A stretch of 64,000 nt of DNA from Arenicellales bacterium. GTDB lineage: Bacteria > Pseudomonadota > Gammaproteobacteria > Arenicellales > JAJDZL01. Numbering within the stretch: position 1 is the stretch's first letter; each line of letters starts with the position of its first letter. The notes beneath the pieces are model-generated. The model was given only the letters and a program-made list of their open reading frames with translations. It did not search any database and was not told where the DNA came from. This document shows positions 10,365-19,367 of this stretch, piece by piece. The stretch lies in the NCBI GenBank assembly GCA_965219265.1, contig OZ244730.1, positions 1,546,501 to 1,610,500 of the forward strand, written 5' to 3'. A program made the position numbers and the translations under genes.

Positions 10365-11786
10365 TCATTTAAATACATTCCCCGTTACAACATCGAGATA
10401 CAAGCGATTCTGAACAGTAAATCCACCACAATATGTGAAATAGACATTTTTACCTTTTGTGGTTGATTTGCTCCAGCCACCAACCTCTCGGAAGTCATTC
10501 TTTGTACATATTTCTTGTTCAATCAGTTTTTTAGTTGCCTTTGAGAATTGTGCACGGTAAACTCCAAAATCATCAGAATCTTTTATAATTATTTCGTAAC
10601 CTTTGGCTGTTTTAGCTGGATCTTCGGGTTGCTTCCCCGATAGCTCAGATTCTTGAATCCATCTAGCTATTTTGCCATCAATTACACCGTTCGCTTCACT
10701 ACATTTGCTGTTTCCTGAATCTATATCGTAAAGTATTTTTCCGTTTTCACAAATCACGTGATAATACTTTGTAATTCGACTCCAACCCTTGTTCTCCTCT
10801 AGAATCATTACTTTGTTTCGAAAATTGAGCCAACCTACAATTCCACAATTCTTTGACGGGCAAGAATAAACTAAGGCTTGTCCTTGCTTTGCAACCCACT
10901 TAATATTCTGAGGATTACTTGAAGCCAGAATTTCTGTTTTTTTAGCCAAATCCCGATACTTATGATATTTTGCCGAGTAAGATTTATTTTCAGGTGACAA
11001 CACATGTAATAGGAAGTATCCATTGCGATTCTGATCGATTTTACTAGCTGGGATGGGTTTAACCTTTTCAATAACATAATTCTCAAACTGATCGGATTCT
11101 TCATCATTCCACAGTTCGTGTGACTTCAATTCCATTAGAATTTCTTTTCCCTCAAGAAAAAGGAGGTTGTCAATTTTCTGCCTTAATTTTTTCTCCAAAG
11201 AATCAAATTCTACATTGCTGTAATCATTTTTTTCTGATTCAATTACCTGCAGTTGTACACCGTCTTGAACTACAGAAATTTCGTTGCCGGTAGCCGCTTT
11301 TATTTCAGCCTTTGTTTGTCTTTCTATTGAAATTAAATCCGGGTTTGGCATTTGTAGTTCAATTTTGGCCTGCTTGAGATTGTTCTTCAAACTAGGTATT
11401 CGATTTTTTAGTATTGAAATTGCTTCCTCAGTATGATTTTCAAGCACAGTATAGAGTTCTTTCGCATGTTTGCCTGCAAAGCCTTCTACAACATATTCAA
11501 TACCGTAAACCGACAAATTGTAGACAGATCCAAATTTGACTTCGCAATGAATATCTGGCCAATTTGCAGTGCTTGGGGAAAGAATGTTCGATTCGTAGAC
11601 GGGGCTGTTTTCAACTTTTCTATTCGAATAGTCTTCTATGGCTTTTACGCAAGCCGCAATATTTGCCTCCTCACCTGCATCTGCATTTTGAGCAAAACTG
11701 AAGAAAGCAATAAAAATAAATAAAACAGATAATTTCTTCAAAACATTAAAACTTCTCATCCTTGTAAATTTCACAACATTCGTCAT
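10365..11786 (-). CDS. secreted hypothetical protein with an SH3b-like segment
   Basis: Signal-peptide-like LKKLSVLFIFIAFFSFAQNADA, a coiled-coil-like middle, and ...CPSKNCGIVGWLNFRNKVMILEENKGWSRITKYY (SH3b-like). Sits in visibly AT-rich DNA. No family recognised. Confidence 0.6.
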   Translation of the reverse strand: MTNVVKFTRMRSFNVLKKLSVLFIFIAFFSFAQNADAGEEANIAACVKAIEDYSNRKVENSPVYESNILSPSTANWPDIHCEVKFGSVYNLSVYGIEYVVEGFAGKHAKELYTVLENHTEEAISILKNRIPSLKNNLKQAKIELQMPNPDLISIERQTKAEIKAATGNEISVVQDGVQLQVIESEKNDYSNVEFDSLEKKLRQKIDNLLFLEGKEILMELKSHELWNDEESDQFENYVIEKVKPIPASKIDQNRNGYFLLHVLSPENKSYSAKYHKYRDLAKKTEILASSNPQNIKWVAKQGQALVYSCPSKNCGIVGWLNFRNKVMILEENKGWSRITKYYHVICENGKILYDIDSGNSKCSEANGVIDGKIARWIQESELSGKQPEDPAKTAKGYEIIIKDSDDFGVYRAQFSKATKKLIEQEICTKNDFREVGGWSKSTTKGKNVYFTYCGGFTVQNRLYLDVVTGNVFK

Positions 11787-11862
11787 CTAGTGTATCGAAA
11801 GAATCTTAGCGAAGAATTTCCCCAACGAAAATTTGAACTTGAGCATATTTACAACTTTAGAT

Positions 11863-12400
11863 TTAGTTTTTAGGTGCATCCAAATTCATTTCCAGCGGTA
11901 TGCCAAGAGAACTGACCATATTAGCATGCTTAATAAGATGATCGCTACGATCTTGTACAAACTGTCTGGCTACCGATTGAGCACGTGTGTTCCAATAGTC
12001 GCAATTGTTCTTGATCCATTGCAGTATTTCCTCTCGACCCAAATTGCCATATTTTCAATTTCTTGGCGTGTTAGCGCAGGATCAAGCTCGATGGCGCGAA
12101 TTGAAATTAAAGCGGCCGATTCGGAGACACGACCACAAAATGGGTTTAAGTCAAAAGTTGATACTTGTAATTTGAAAAGATTTCCATCTCCTTTAGAGGG
12201 TCCAGCAACAGTAACAAATGATCCAAGGGTACTATTTTGATTACTGCGGTCAAGTCCGAAATTGTCAAATTAACCACTAAAATCAATACGTGCCTCCCCT
12301 TTTTTTCCATATACATATTGTTTCGGTTCATCTCTGGCGGATAAAGCGTGAACTTCTGATCGAGGAAATCGACAATATCAGGCTCGCTATTCGCTAAATC
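11863..12400 (-). pseudogene. multiply frameshifted remnant of an unidentified gene
   Basis: Three minus-strand frames each carry protein-like stretches that abut: ...SEPDIVDFLDQKFTLYPPEM..., ...GSFVTVAGPSKGDGNLFKLQVSTFDLNPFCGRVSESAALISIRAIELDPALTRQEIENMAIW..., ...LQWIKNNCDYWNTRAQSVARQFVQDRSDHLIKHANMVSSLGIPLEMNLDAPKN*. No single intact ORF exists. Confidence 0.3.
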
Positions 12401-12430
12401 CTTGCATCCCCTGAGTACTGCAACCGCCGT

Positions 12431-12860
12431 GTCGCAGCTAATTTCCCAGTGTCTTGGTCCCAGGCGACTGCCCGCAACCTAATAGCTTCATCAACGGCCG
12501 ATCTTTTTGCAAATGGCTTACGTCGTCAAGACACTTGTCGGCTTCATGAAACAGCAACATCAATAGTTTGAATTTCGCCCCTTGATGGTAGCCACGGTTG
12601 CTGCCCGGTGCAGGTAACTGCTGATCGACTAATGGTGCCAACCCAAAGCGCTGCATTAACTGCGCAACGACGATCAATCCGGCAAGGGAGGTTAAAATTA
12701 GTTTGCTGACTGCCAGTTTATGGGGCAGAATTGATAAAGGCCTTGTATCTCAGAGATAAGTTTTGGGCTTCACCCATTGGGTGAAATCCAATTGTTTTCG
12801 AAAACCTTTTTGTACAAGGCTTTTTTATTTATCTCAGATTTCTAATTACGGATTAGGGCA
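12431..12860 (-). mobile_element. truncated IS1380-family element, copy 1 (transposase N-terminal ~90 codons plus 159-bp upstream end); uninterrupted version of copy 2
   Basis: Translation ...ILTSLAGLIVVAQLMQRFGLAPLVDQQLPAPGSNRGYHQGAKFKLLMLLFHEADKCLDDVSHLQKDRPLMKLLGCGQSPGTKTLGN*LRH matches the IS1380 transposase N-terminal pattern (LTSxAGL...PGSNRGY...LGxWLRR), with TGG->TAG at the W. Colinear with 16134..16404 + 17932..18090 at a constant offset. Confidence 0.7.
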
Positions 12861-13393
12861 ATCACTAAATCTGAAACGGAACTACTGCCCTGATATAGTT
12901 TGATGGATTTCGCAACCGGCTTAGGACACCTAAAATTTTCTCATGGCAGCAGATACGTGATCAACACATCTCAAATTTGAAAAAATCAACTATTCCCTAC
13001 ATCAAATTTTTTTACTTGTGTGATTTCTTTAATTTGTCATCTGACCAAAAATTTTCAGTTACGTAAATCTCCGCTTTAGTGAAATCAAGCAAGTGTGTTA
13101 ATCTACTCTAGCCAACATGAATTTCTTGGAAAATGTGTATTGATAGCGTAGTGTAAATTCTAACGACATCATGAACGTCTATATTGCGACCGATGAATAT
13201 TCCGATGATGAACGTGAATCATTCATGACTCGAGAAATCGTATCACGATACCCGGGTTCAATCTAGAACAATTTTCTTACACTTTTTTCAAAATGCGCCC
13301 ATTGAACACTAAACTAAATCCGGAAGAGGATGAGATGACTAAGTTTACGTTTAAATTTGGAGCAGTCGCCCCGCTGACAATTGAGAGGTCGTA

Positions 13394-14248
13394 ATGTGGG
13401 TTAGATGGTGGATACTGCTCATCCCTCCTTTAGTCATCGGTTTCACTCTGGTCGCCGGGTCACAAATCATCTTTCTACGAGCTAGCCTTTTTCAGGATCT
13501 CGGCCTTGGACGCATAGGCGATGAACTGGTGATTGAAAACTATGTACGATTCTTGACAGATGGATTTTATCTAAAGATTCTGTGGGTTACAGTTAAGACT
13601 TCGGCGCTTGCGGCGCTGTCGACATTGATCTTGGGATTTCCGGTCGCCTATATGATTACGCGAATGCGATCCAGCTGGTCCATGGTTTTGCTGGCCGGAA
13701 TTGTAGTTTCAACATTCATCACCATCGTGATCAAAGTTTATGGCCTGATCGTCATATTTTCCGCCCAAGGCTTGTTTAATCAGACAATGCTCAAACTTGG
13801 AGTGTTTGACAAGCCGTACTCAGTGTTCGGCAACGAAACTGGAGTAGTAATTGGATTAATGCATTTTACGCTCGGATTTGGTGTTTTACTACTCTACAGT
13901 ATCATTCAAACGATTCCAAGTTCACTGGAATCCGCGGCACAAATACATGGCGCCAGTCGCTGGCGGGTTTACTATCGCGTAATTTTTCCTCTCTCTCTGC
14001 CAGGTGTTACAGCAATGCTCCTAATGGTGTTCAATATGTGTATGGGAGCATTTACTTCAGCGGCACTGCTTGGAGGTGGACGCGTTTTCACGCTTCCCGT
14101 GATGATTCAAAGGATTGTCATGATGGACATCAAGTACTCAATGGGCGCGACGATTGCCGCAGTACTTCTGGTTTCGGTGATCGTGATTAACATTCTTTCC
14201 ATTTATTTGCTGCGGCGCTTGCGTACCGCTCATCTCGTAATGGTCTGA
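13394..14248 (+). CDS. ABC transporter permease, PotB/spermidine-putrescine type
   Basis: 284 aa, 6-TM-type profile, EAA-like SLESAAQIHGASRWRVYYRVIFPLSLPG. Confidence 0.85.
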   Translation: MWVRWWILLIPPLVIGFTLVAGSQIIFLRASLFQDLGLGRIGDELVIENYVRFLTDGFYLKILWVTVKTSALAALSTLILGFPVAYMITRMRSSWSMVLLAGIVVSTFITIVIKVYGLIVIFSAQGLFNQTMLKLGVFDKPYSVFGNETGVVIGLMHFTLGFGVLLLYSIIQTIPSSLESAAQIHGASRWRVYYRVIFPLSLPGVTAMLLMVFNMCMGAFTSAALLGGGRVFTLPVMIQRIVMMDIKYSMGATIAAVLLVSVIVINILSIYLLRRLRTAHLVMV

Positions 14249-14251
14249 GTA

Positions 14252-15121
14252 ATGTCCATGAAGACCTCACCCTACAAAATTCGCAAATCGATCGGTCGCT
14301 TTTTTTATGGACTTTACTGTTCTTTTTCGTACGTTTTTCTTCTGTCACCCATTCTGGTCGTTATCGGCACGTCATTGAACGGTCCCACAGACAACGTTGA
14401 GGCTTCCTTCAAGTTCCCACCTGAAACATTGTCTTTGTATTGGTACACTCAAATTCCGGAAGGACAGATTGAAGCGCTGGTGTTGAGTTTCGCTCTCGCG
14501 ACAATAGCGTCACTCTTCGCCTGCCTGTTGGGCGTACCCGCCGCGCTTGGTCTAGTACGCAGTAACGTTCCAGGAAAAGCGCTGATCAGTGCGATTTTCC
14601 GCGCTCCCCTGCAAATTCCTGCGATAGTAACCGGAATCGCTTTCCTGCAGTTGCTTTATTGGATTAGTGACGTTACCGGACTTAATTGGCACGGCACTCT
14701 CGTAGGTCTCGCGCTCGGGCATATTTTTATCGCCACCCCTTACGTAGTTGGAACAGTCACTGCAATCCTACAGAGATTTGATACACGACTAGAGGAAGCC
14801 GCTGTGATACACGGAGCATCACCGAGACGCGCCTTTTTACGCGTTACGCTGCCAGTTATTATGCCCGGAGTCTATGCAGGCGCGCTATACGCTTTCATGG
14901 TTTCATTCTCCGATGTTCCAGTAGCGATTTTTCTGAGCGCTCCTGGTTTCGTTACTTATCCAGTCGAAATATTCTTTGCGCTTGAAAACGATATCCAACC
15001 CAGCCTTATGGCTTCAGCTACACTAGTCATTATCATCTGTCTCTTTCTACTATTGCTAGTTCAAAAGGTGATCGGGCTTGATACGCTTCTGAAAGTGGGT
15101 GGTTCACAGGATACTAGTTGA
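14252..15121 (+). CDS. ABC transporter permease, PotC type
   Basis: 289 aa. LEEAAVIHGASPRRAFLRVTLPVIMPG. Starts 3 nt after the preceding permease gene. Confidence 0.85.
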   Translation: MSMKTSPYKIRKSIGRFFYGLYCSFSYVFLLSPILVVIGTSLNGPTDNVEASFKFPPETLSLYWYTQIPEGQIEALVLSFALATIASLFACLLGVPAALGLVRSNVPGKALISAIFRAPLQIPAIVTGIAFLQLLYWISDVTGLNWHGTLVGLALGHIFIATPYVVGTVTAILQRFDTRLEEAAVIHGASPRRAFLRVTLPVIMPGVYAGALYAFMVSFSDVPVAIFLSAPGFVTYPVEIFFALENDIQPSLMASATLVIIICLFLLLLVQKVIGLDTLLKVGGSQDTS

Positions 15122-15358
15122 TCGAATGTCGTAGAATTAAGCACCCATTCCTCAAGTGTCTCTCGGTAAAAGACGCACTCTCTCACAAGAAAGATTAACC
15201 AGTCGGGCATCAACGCTGCCAATTATCAGGGTGGGCAACTCGGCAATTCATAATGTCTGGTTGACCTGACTTCAATTCCCTAACACCCTATCGGGCAATC
15301 ATTATTGAAACTCTGAAAACCAAATATCATAGTGAAAGAAAATTCTATAGCGTGGTTG

Positions 15359-15404
15359 AGGAGACAGTTTCGATCACTGTAAACGATTGTCAACACTGAG
15401 GAAA
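15359..15404. repeat. 46-bp dispersed hairpin repeat, copy 1
   Basis: AGGAGACAGTTTCGATCACTGTAAACGATTGTCAACACTGAGGAAA. It differs at 3 positions from 21619..21664. The inner arms are perfectly complementary only in copy 2 (CGATCGTT-gta-AACGATTG); copy 1 has CGATCACT at this arm. Confidence 0.8.
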
Positions 15405-15592
15405 TTATAGGGTTGCAAAATGTTTCCCCCAAAGAATCAGCCTGAGAAACCGAAAGACTTGGGTTTTCACGCGAATTCCTGAAATTTCCCCTCACTCCAT
15501 GACGGGGCCAGCAACACCCCTAAAGGCATGTACAACGCGTTGATTTAATTCACGAACAAGTGTCGTAAGCGATTCTTTACGGACTATTATCA

Positions 15593-15926
15593 ATGAAAAC
15601 TGAACTACACAAATTGCCCCAAGGAGACTCGTTTATGACACCTGAGAATCATACTCTATTTGACTGGAAAACGCTGGATGAATTCAGCGACCTGAATCGC
15701 CTGGAAATGGTATTCACCTCGCTACCGGCCGTGGGTGCTGGATACACTTTGTCACATGCGCAGTGGCGGCGGGCGAAATGACTGGCCGTTGGAGTCCATG
15801 CTCGAGGCCTGTATTGCGAGGATCGTCTATCAGCATCCGTCGGTGGAGTCGTTTCGCCGTGGACTACAGCGCAATCCTTCGCTGATGCTGGCGTGTGGAT
15901 TCAAACTGCGTCAGTGCTACTTGTAA
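15593..15926 (+). pseudogene. IS4/IS5-superfamily transposase N-terminal fragment, frameshifted and truncated
   Basis: Two abutting frames: ...FSDLNRLEMVFTSLPAVG... and ...RSGGGRNDWPLESMLEACIARIVYQHPSVESFRRGLQRNPSLMLACGFKL. Together they reproduce the DLERL..LP....RGRNDYP....QHPS.ESLRREL.RNP.L...CGF pattern seen at the N-terminus of DDE transposases. Confidence 0.55.
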
Positions 15927-15968
15927 ACTAACCACAAGTGCTCATCGAAAAGTGACCATTGGGGGAGG

Positions 15969-16004
15969 TTTCAGTGTTTCCGCCCGAGGGTGGAAACACT
16001 GAAA
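15969..16004. other. perfect 13-bp inverted repeat (hairpin) inside the IS debris
   Basis: TTTCAGTGTTTCC-gcccgagggt-GGAAACACTGAAA. The loop itself can partly pair. The arm AGTGTTTCC resembles the IS terminal repeat AGTGTTTTCC at 16405. Confidence 0.7.
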
Positions 16005-16060
16005 TATTTCTTATAACACGGGGGTGAATTTTGATCTGCCATGTAAAGGAGGCAATCAAC

Positions 16061-16133
16061 ATGATAGCATTGGAGGAACTGTTCGTGTTTCATGAACTCA
16101 GGAACCAGGGGTTGAGTATCAGCGAGATCAGGC
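16061..16133 (+). pseudogene. 24-codon 5' stub of a transposase-like HTH gene (IS21 IstA-like N-terminus), cut by the IS1380 fragment
   Basis: AAGGAGG, then 8 nt, then ATG. MIALEELFVFHELRNQGLSISEIRRR resembles the HTH start of IS21-type transposases. Similarity stops where the IS1380 homology begins (16134). Too short for a firm call. Confidence 0.3.
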
Positions 16134-16404
16134 GCCGCAGCCAATTGCCCAGTGTCTTGGTCCCAGGCAACTGCCCGCAACCTAATAGCTTTATCAACGG
16201 CCGATCTTTTTGCAAATGGCTTACGTCGTCAAGACACTTGCCGCCTTCATGAAACAGCAACATGAATATATTGAAAATCGCCCCTTGACGGTAGCCGCGG
16301 TTGCTGCCCGGTGCAGGTAACTGCTGATCAATTAATGGTGCCAGCCCAAAGCGCTGCATTAACTGCGCAACGATGATCAATCCGACACGGGAGGTTAAAA
16401 TTAG
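16134..16404 (-). pseudogene. truncated IS1380-family transposase fragment, copy 2 (interrupted upstream by the IS at 16405)
   Basis: ...LTSRVGLIIVAQLMQRFGLAPLIDQQLPAPGSNRGYRQGAIFNIFMLLFHEGGKCLDDVSHLQKDRPLIKLLGCGQLPGTKTLGNWLRR. The track ORF 16090..16449 is a chimera whose first 15 codons come from the inserted IS end. Confidence 0.7.
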
Positions 16405-17926
16405 AGTGTTTTCCAATTTGGAAATGAGTCTGAAACTAAGCCTCTTCAAAAAAATTATTCAACCGTAAGAAAAAACATTGAGCGCGCCAAATCAGTCTGT
16501 GAGTTGAAAAATAGGGACTATTAATCTGTGCTCTTTTTCCTTTAAGCTGGAGTCCGTTGCAGTTCGTCGATTGAAAAAAATAATTTCTTCCGTGCCGACC
16601 GTAAACGCTCGGCTGCTTCATTATCGCTGTACTGAGCCGCAAACGCATCAAGGGTTTCAATCGTCACGCCCGCTTTCAAATTTCGCTCCGCATCCGACAA
16701 CGACTTCAGCTTTTCAAAGGGCGTCTGAACATCCCCATATCGATAACGCCGCCGCTGCCGGCCCCGCTCATCAACTTCCACTTGTGCAAACAGACACGGC
16801 CGGTGATAATTCACATACCGGTTCAGATGCTCTCGATGGAACTCGTTCAGTGCCGCCGCACACTGCTGGGGTATATGTGCGTGTCCGATCAGTTTCCTCA
16901 ACACGTGACCATTCTTGCATTCCACCAGCGCATTGTCGTTACTATGTCTGGCGCGGGATTTGGTGAATTCAATGTGCAGTTTCTCCAGCAGCTCAGCCAC
17001 CCGATAATTCACATATTCGCGGCCGTTGTCACTGTGAAAACCAGCAATCTCAAACGGCAATATGTCAAACAACTGCTGCAGTGCCGGGATCAGATACAGT
17101 TCCGAGATTCTCTCCACCGAAACCACCGCTTCAAACTGCGTGACCTGGTCTACTGCATTGATATGGTACACACCTTTGTGTCCGTCCCAGTCACCCTGAT
17201 GTACCGTGTCAACGCGTAAATAACCGGCACCACCGTGCGGCTGCGGCTTGCGCCGTTCGCCAATGCGCACTGTTCGAGCGCAGGTGTTACGTTGCGCGCC
17301 GCGCCGGCGCCTATAGCCTTTGGATTTGCGCAAATTATACAGATGCGAGACCGAGATCCCGGACAGCCGACGATATCGCAACTCTCCATGTACACGCCAG
17401 GCACGCTCGAACAACTTCTTCGCCGCCAAACCGTTGGGCGTGTCGTGAAGACGGTCCACTTCCACCAGCAGTGCCACGTCTTCATCGCTATAGCGCCGGG
17501 CAAATCCTCGAACCGTGCACTGACGACGGCGCACCTGGCCGAATTGAATATACTGCCCGATTAGGCGGGTGACCTGCTGGCGTGAATACCCGCTCACTTT
17601 CATCAGGTAGCGAATTACGATGCCTTTGTCCGCTTTCGACAAACGCCCATAGCGAAACTTGATCAATGTCTGTTGAATCCATTGATAGCGTTCATCCTTA
17701 TCGGTGACTACTGCAAACACCACCGCCTGGGTGCCGTCGAGAAAGTCGCGAAGCTGGTCAATGCCCCGCAAGTCGTTGAGTTTCATGATTGTCTTCATCC
17801 TCCTTATGATGAACCCAATCAACTCCCTGTTCCAGACTCTGCCTGTGGCTTAATCGCTTTCTACAGACTCATTTCATATTGGAAACTCGCTGCCTCCTTC
17901 AGACTCATTTCATATTGGACAACACT
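16405..17926 (-). mobile_element. intact 1522-bp insertion sequence (rve/DDE integrase-type transposase; IS481 / ISNCY-IS1202-like) with 5-bp target site duplication
   Basis: Imperfect terminal inverted repeats AGTGTTTTCCAATTTGGAAATGAGTCTGA (left) and AGTGTTGTCCAATATGAAATGAGTCTGA (right, reverse complement). ATTAG lies on both flanks (16400-16404, 17927-17931). The empty site ...AAAATTAGTTTGCTGAC survives in copy 1 at 12694-12710. Much more GC-rich than its surroundings, with many long shadow ORFs. Confidence 0.88.
16542..17822 (-). CDS. DDE transposase, integrase-core (rve) type
   Basis: 426 aa. Catalytic-core-like LRVDTVHQGDWDGHKGVYHINAVDQVTQF ... FHSDNGREYVN ... HSNDNALVECKNG (D, D, E spacing). 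N-terminal HTH-like region. The true start may be an internal ATG (17798 or 17786). Confidence 0.85.
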   Translation of the reverse strand: MIGFIIRRMKTIMKLNDLRGIDQLRDFLDGTQAVVFAVVTDKDERYQWIQQTLIKFRYGRLSKADKGIVIRYLMKVSGYSRQQVTRLIGQYIQFGQVRRRQCTVRGFARRYSDEDVALLVEVDRLHDTPNGLAAKKLFERAWRVHGELRYRRLSGISVSHLYNLRKSKGYRRRRGAQRNTCARTVRIGERRKPQPHGGAGYLRVDTVHQGDWDGHKGVYHINAVDQVTQFEAVVSVERISELYLIPALQQLFDILPFEIAGFHSDNGREYVNYRVAELLEKLHIEFTKSRARHSNDNALVECKNGHVLRKLIGHAHIPQQCAAALNEFHREHLNRYVNYHRPCLFAQVEVDERGRQRRRYRYGDVQTPFEKLKSLSDAERNLKAGVTIETLDAFAAQYSDNEAAERLRSARKKLFFSIDELQRTPA

Positions 17927-18090
17927 ATTAGTTTACTGACTGCCAGTTTATGGGGTAGAATTTACAAAAGCCTTGTATCTCAGAGATAAGTTTTGAGCTT
18001 CACCCATTGGGTGAAATCCAATTGTTTTCGAATACCTTTTTGTACAAAGCTATTCTACTAATCTCAGATTTCTAATTGCGGATTAGGGCA
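17927..18090 (-). repeat. target duplication (ATTAG) plus 159-bp upstream end of IS1380-like copy 2; direct repeat of 12702..12860
   Basis: GTTTACTGACTGCCAGTTTATGGGG...CTCAGATTTCTAATTGCGGATTAGGGCA aligns without gaps to 12702..12860, with scattered substitutions. Confidence 0.85.
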
Positions 18091-18259
18091 TATAACTGCC
18101 AAAATGAGAACTGCTGATCTGCAATTTACTAAAGAAGTTTGGAATATAGAATCCTGCTGAATCGATTGTGGAGTTAAATTGCGAATGTTCCAATTTGTGA
18201 ACGAAATTACATGAAGACCCCAGAATCATTTAGCAAACAATTAGAAAAAATTCAGGAGA

Positions 18260-19333
18260 TTGAAAATGTTAAATACTTTTAAAACCGCCGTAATCGGTCT
18301 GACAATTACGGTCTTTATCACCTTTTCTTCTTCAGTTCTGGCGGGCAAGTTTGACGATGTCACGCTGCGCGTTGCTACTTGGGGCGGTTTGTGGAAAGAT
18401 AACCAGGCAGAGAACATCGCGTCAAAATTCGAAGCGGAAGGTGGAAAAGTCGAGTACGTTACGGGGTCTCCCGCAGCAAATTTCGCAAAACTTATCGCTG
18501 CTCGCGGCAAAGCGCCTTTTGACGTTGTAGAAATTCTTGCTGCTCAAGTCAAGGACTACCACGAACTAGAGGTACTTCATGAATTAGATCTACAGTTGAT
18601 TCCCAACACTGAATTCCTGGCACCGAGCCGATATAACGAGTGGGTGGTAGGTTCGTGGGAAACCCAGGAAGTCATCTGCTATCACAAGGATAAATTTGCA
18701 GAAGAAGGAATTCCGGTGCCTAATACGTTTCGCGACCTCGTACATCCCAAAATTGCCGGTAGACTTTCGATTCCTGACATTAATTCAGGTGGGGGACTTC
18801 CAGCCTTGGCTGGTATGACGTTCGCTGAAGGCGGCAATGAAACCAACATCGAACCTGGTCTGAAACTTGTCAATGAAATGAACGTATTGAAATTCTGGGC
18901 TCGTGGTGGTGAAACTATGGCGTTGTTTGAGTCTGGCGACATTGTTGCGTCAGTGGTGCACGCAGGTTGGTGCCTGCGAGCCAAAACAAGAGCTGGGCAG
19001 AATGTGACAACCGTACATCCGTACATCAACGATGAACTGGTAGGTGTCGCTTCAGAAGGCTGGTTTGGCGTTATGAAAAACAGCGAGAACGTCGAAGCGG
19101 CTCAATGGTACATCAATGAGTTCATCAGAGCTGACTACCAGTTAATAATGGCAACCTCAACCGGCCTCCTTCCCGTCAATCAGAGCATATTCGAAGAGAT
19201 GGCGAAAGACCCGATTGTAGAGGAAATGTTAGTGTTGGATTCCGAGAAAGTGGCCAATCAATTGAGGGTCGATTATTCGAAAGTCATCATCGCAGACTGG
19301 ACCGATCAGTGGACCAGGGCGGTCGCCGAGTAA
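18260..19333 (+). CDS. ABC transporter periplasmic substrate-binding protein, PotD/PotF-like
   Basis: 357 aa. Signal peptide MKMLNTFKTAVIGLTITVFITFSSSVLAG, then LRVATWGGLWKD... typical of family-1 polyamine/opine-type binding proteins. Confidence 0.8.
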   Translation: MKMLNTFKTAVIGLTITVFITFSSSVLAGKFDDVTLRVATWGGLWKDNQAENIASKFEAEGGKVEYVTGSPAANFAKLIAARGKAPFDVVEILAAQVKDYHELEVLHELDLQLIPNTEFLAPSRYNEWVVGSWETQEVICYHKDKFAEEGIPVPNTFRDLVHPKIAGRLSIPDINSGGGLPALAGMTFAEGGNETNIEPGLKLVNEMNVLKFWARGGETMALFESGDIVASVVHAGWCLRAKTRAGQNVTTVHPYINDELVGVASEGWFGVMKNSENVEAAQWYINEFIRADYQLIMATSTGLLPVNQSIFEEMAKDPIVEEMLVLDSEKVANQLRVDYSKVIIADWTDQWTRAVAE

Positions 19334-19367
19334 CATTGAATTGTCCCATATCTACTGAACATCAACG

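Noticed and set aside
16090-16449. The 119-aa ORF in the track (MKRLSFRLISKLENTLILTSRVGL...) as an intact small gene.
   Set aside because: It is a chimera. Its first ~15 codons are read out of the left end of the inserted IS (16405 onward), and its C-terminus runs into the IS21-like stub. It is a disrupted IS1380 transposase fragment.
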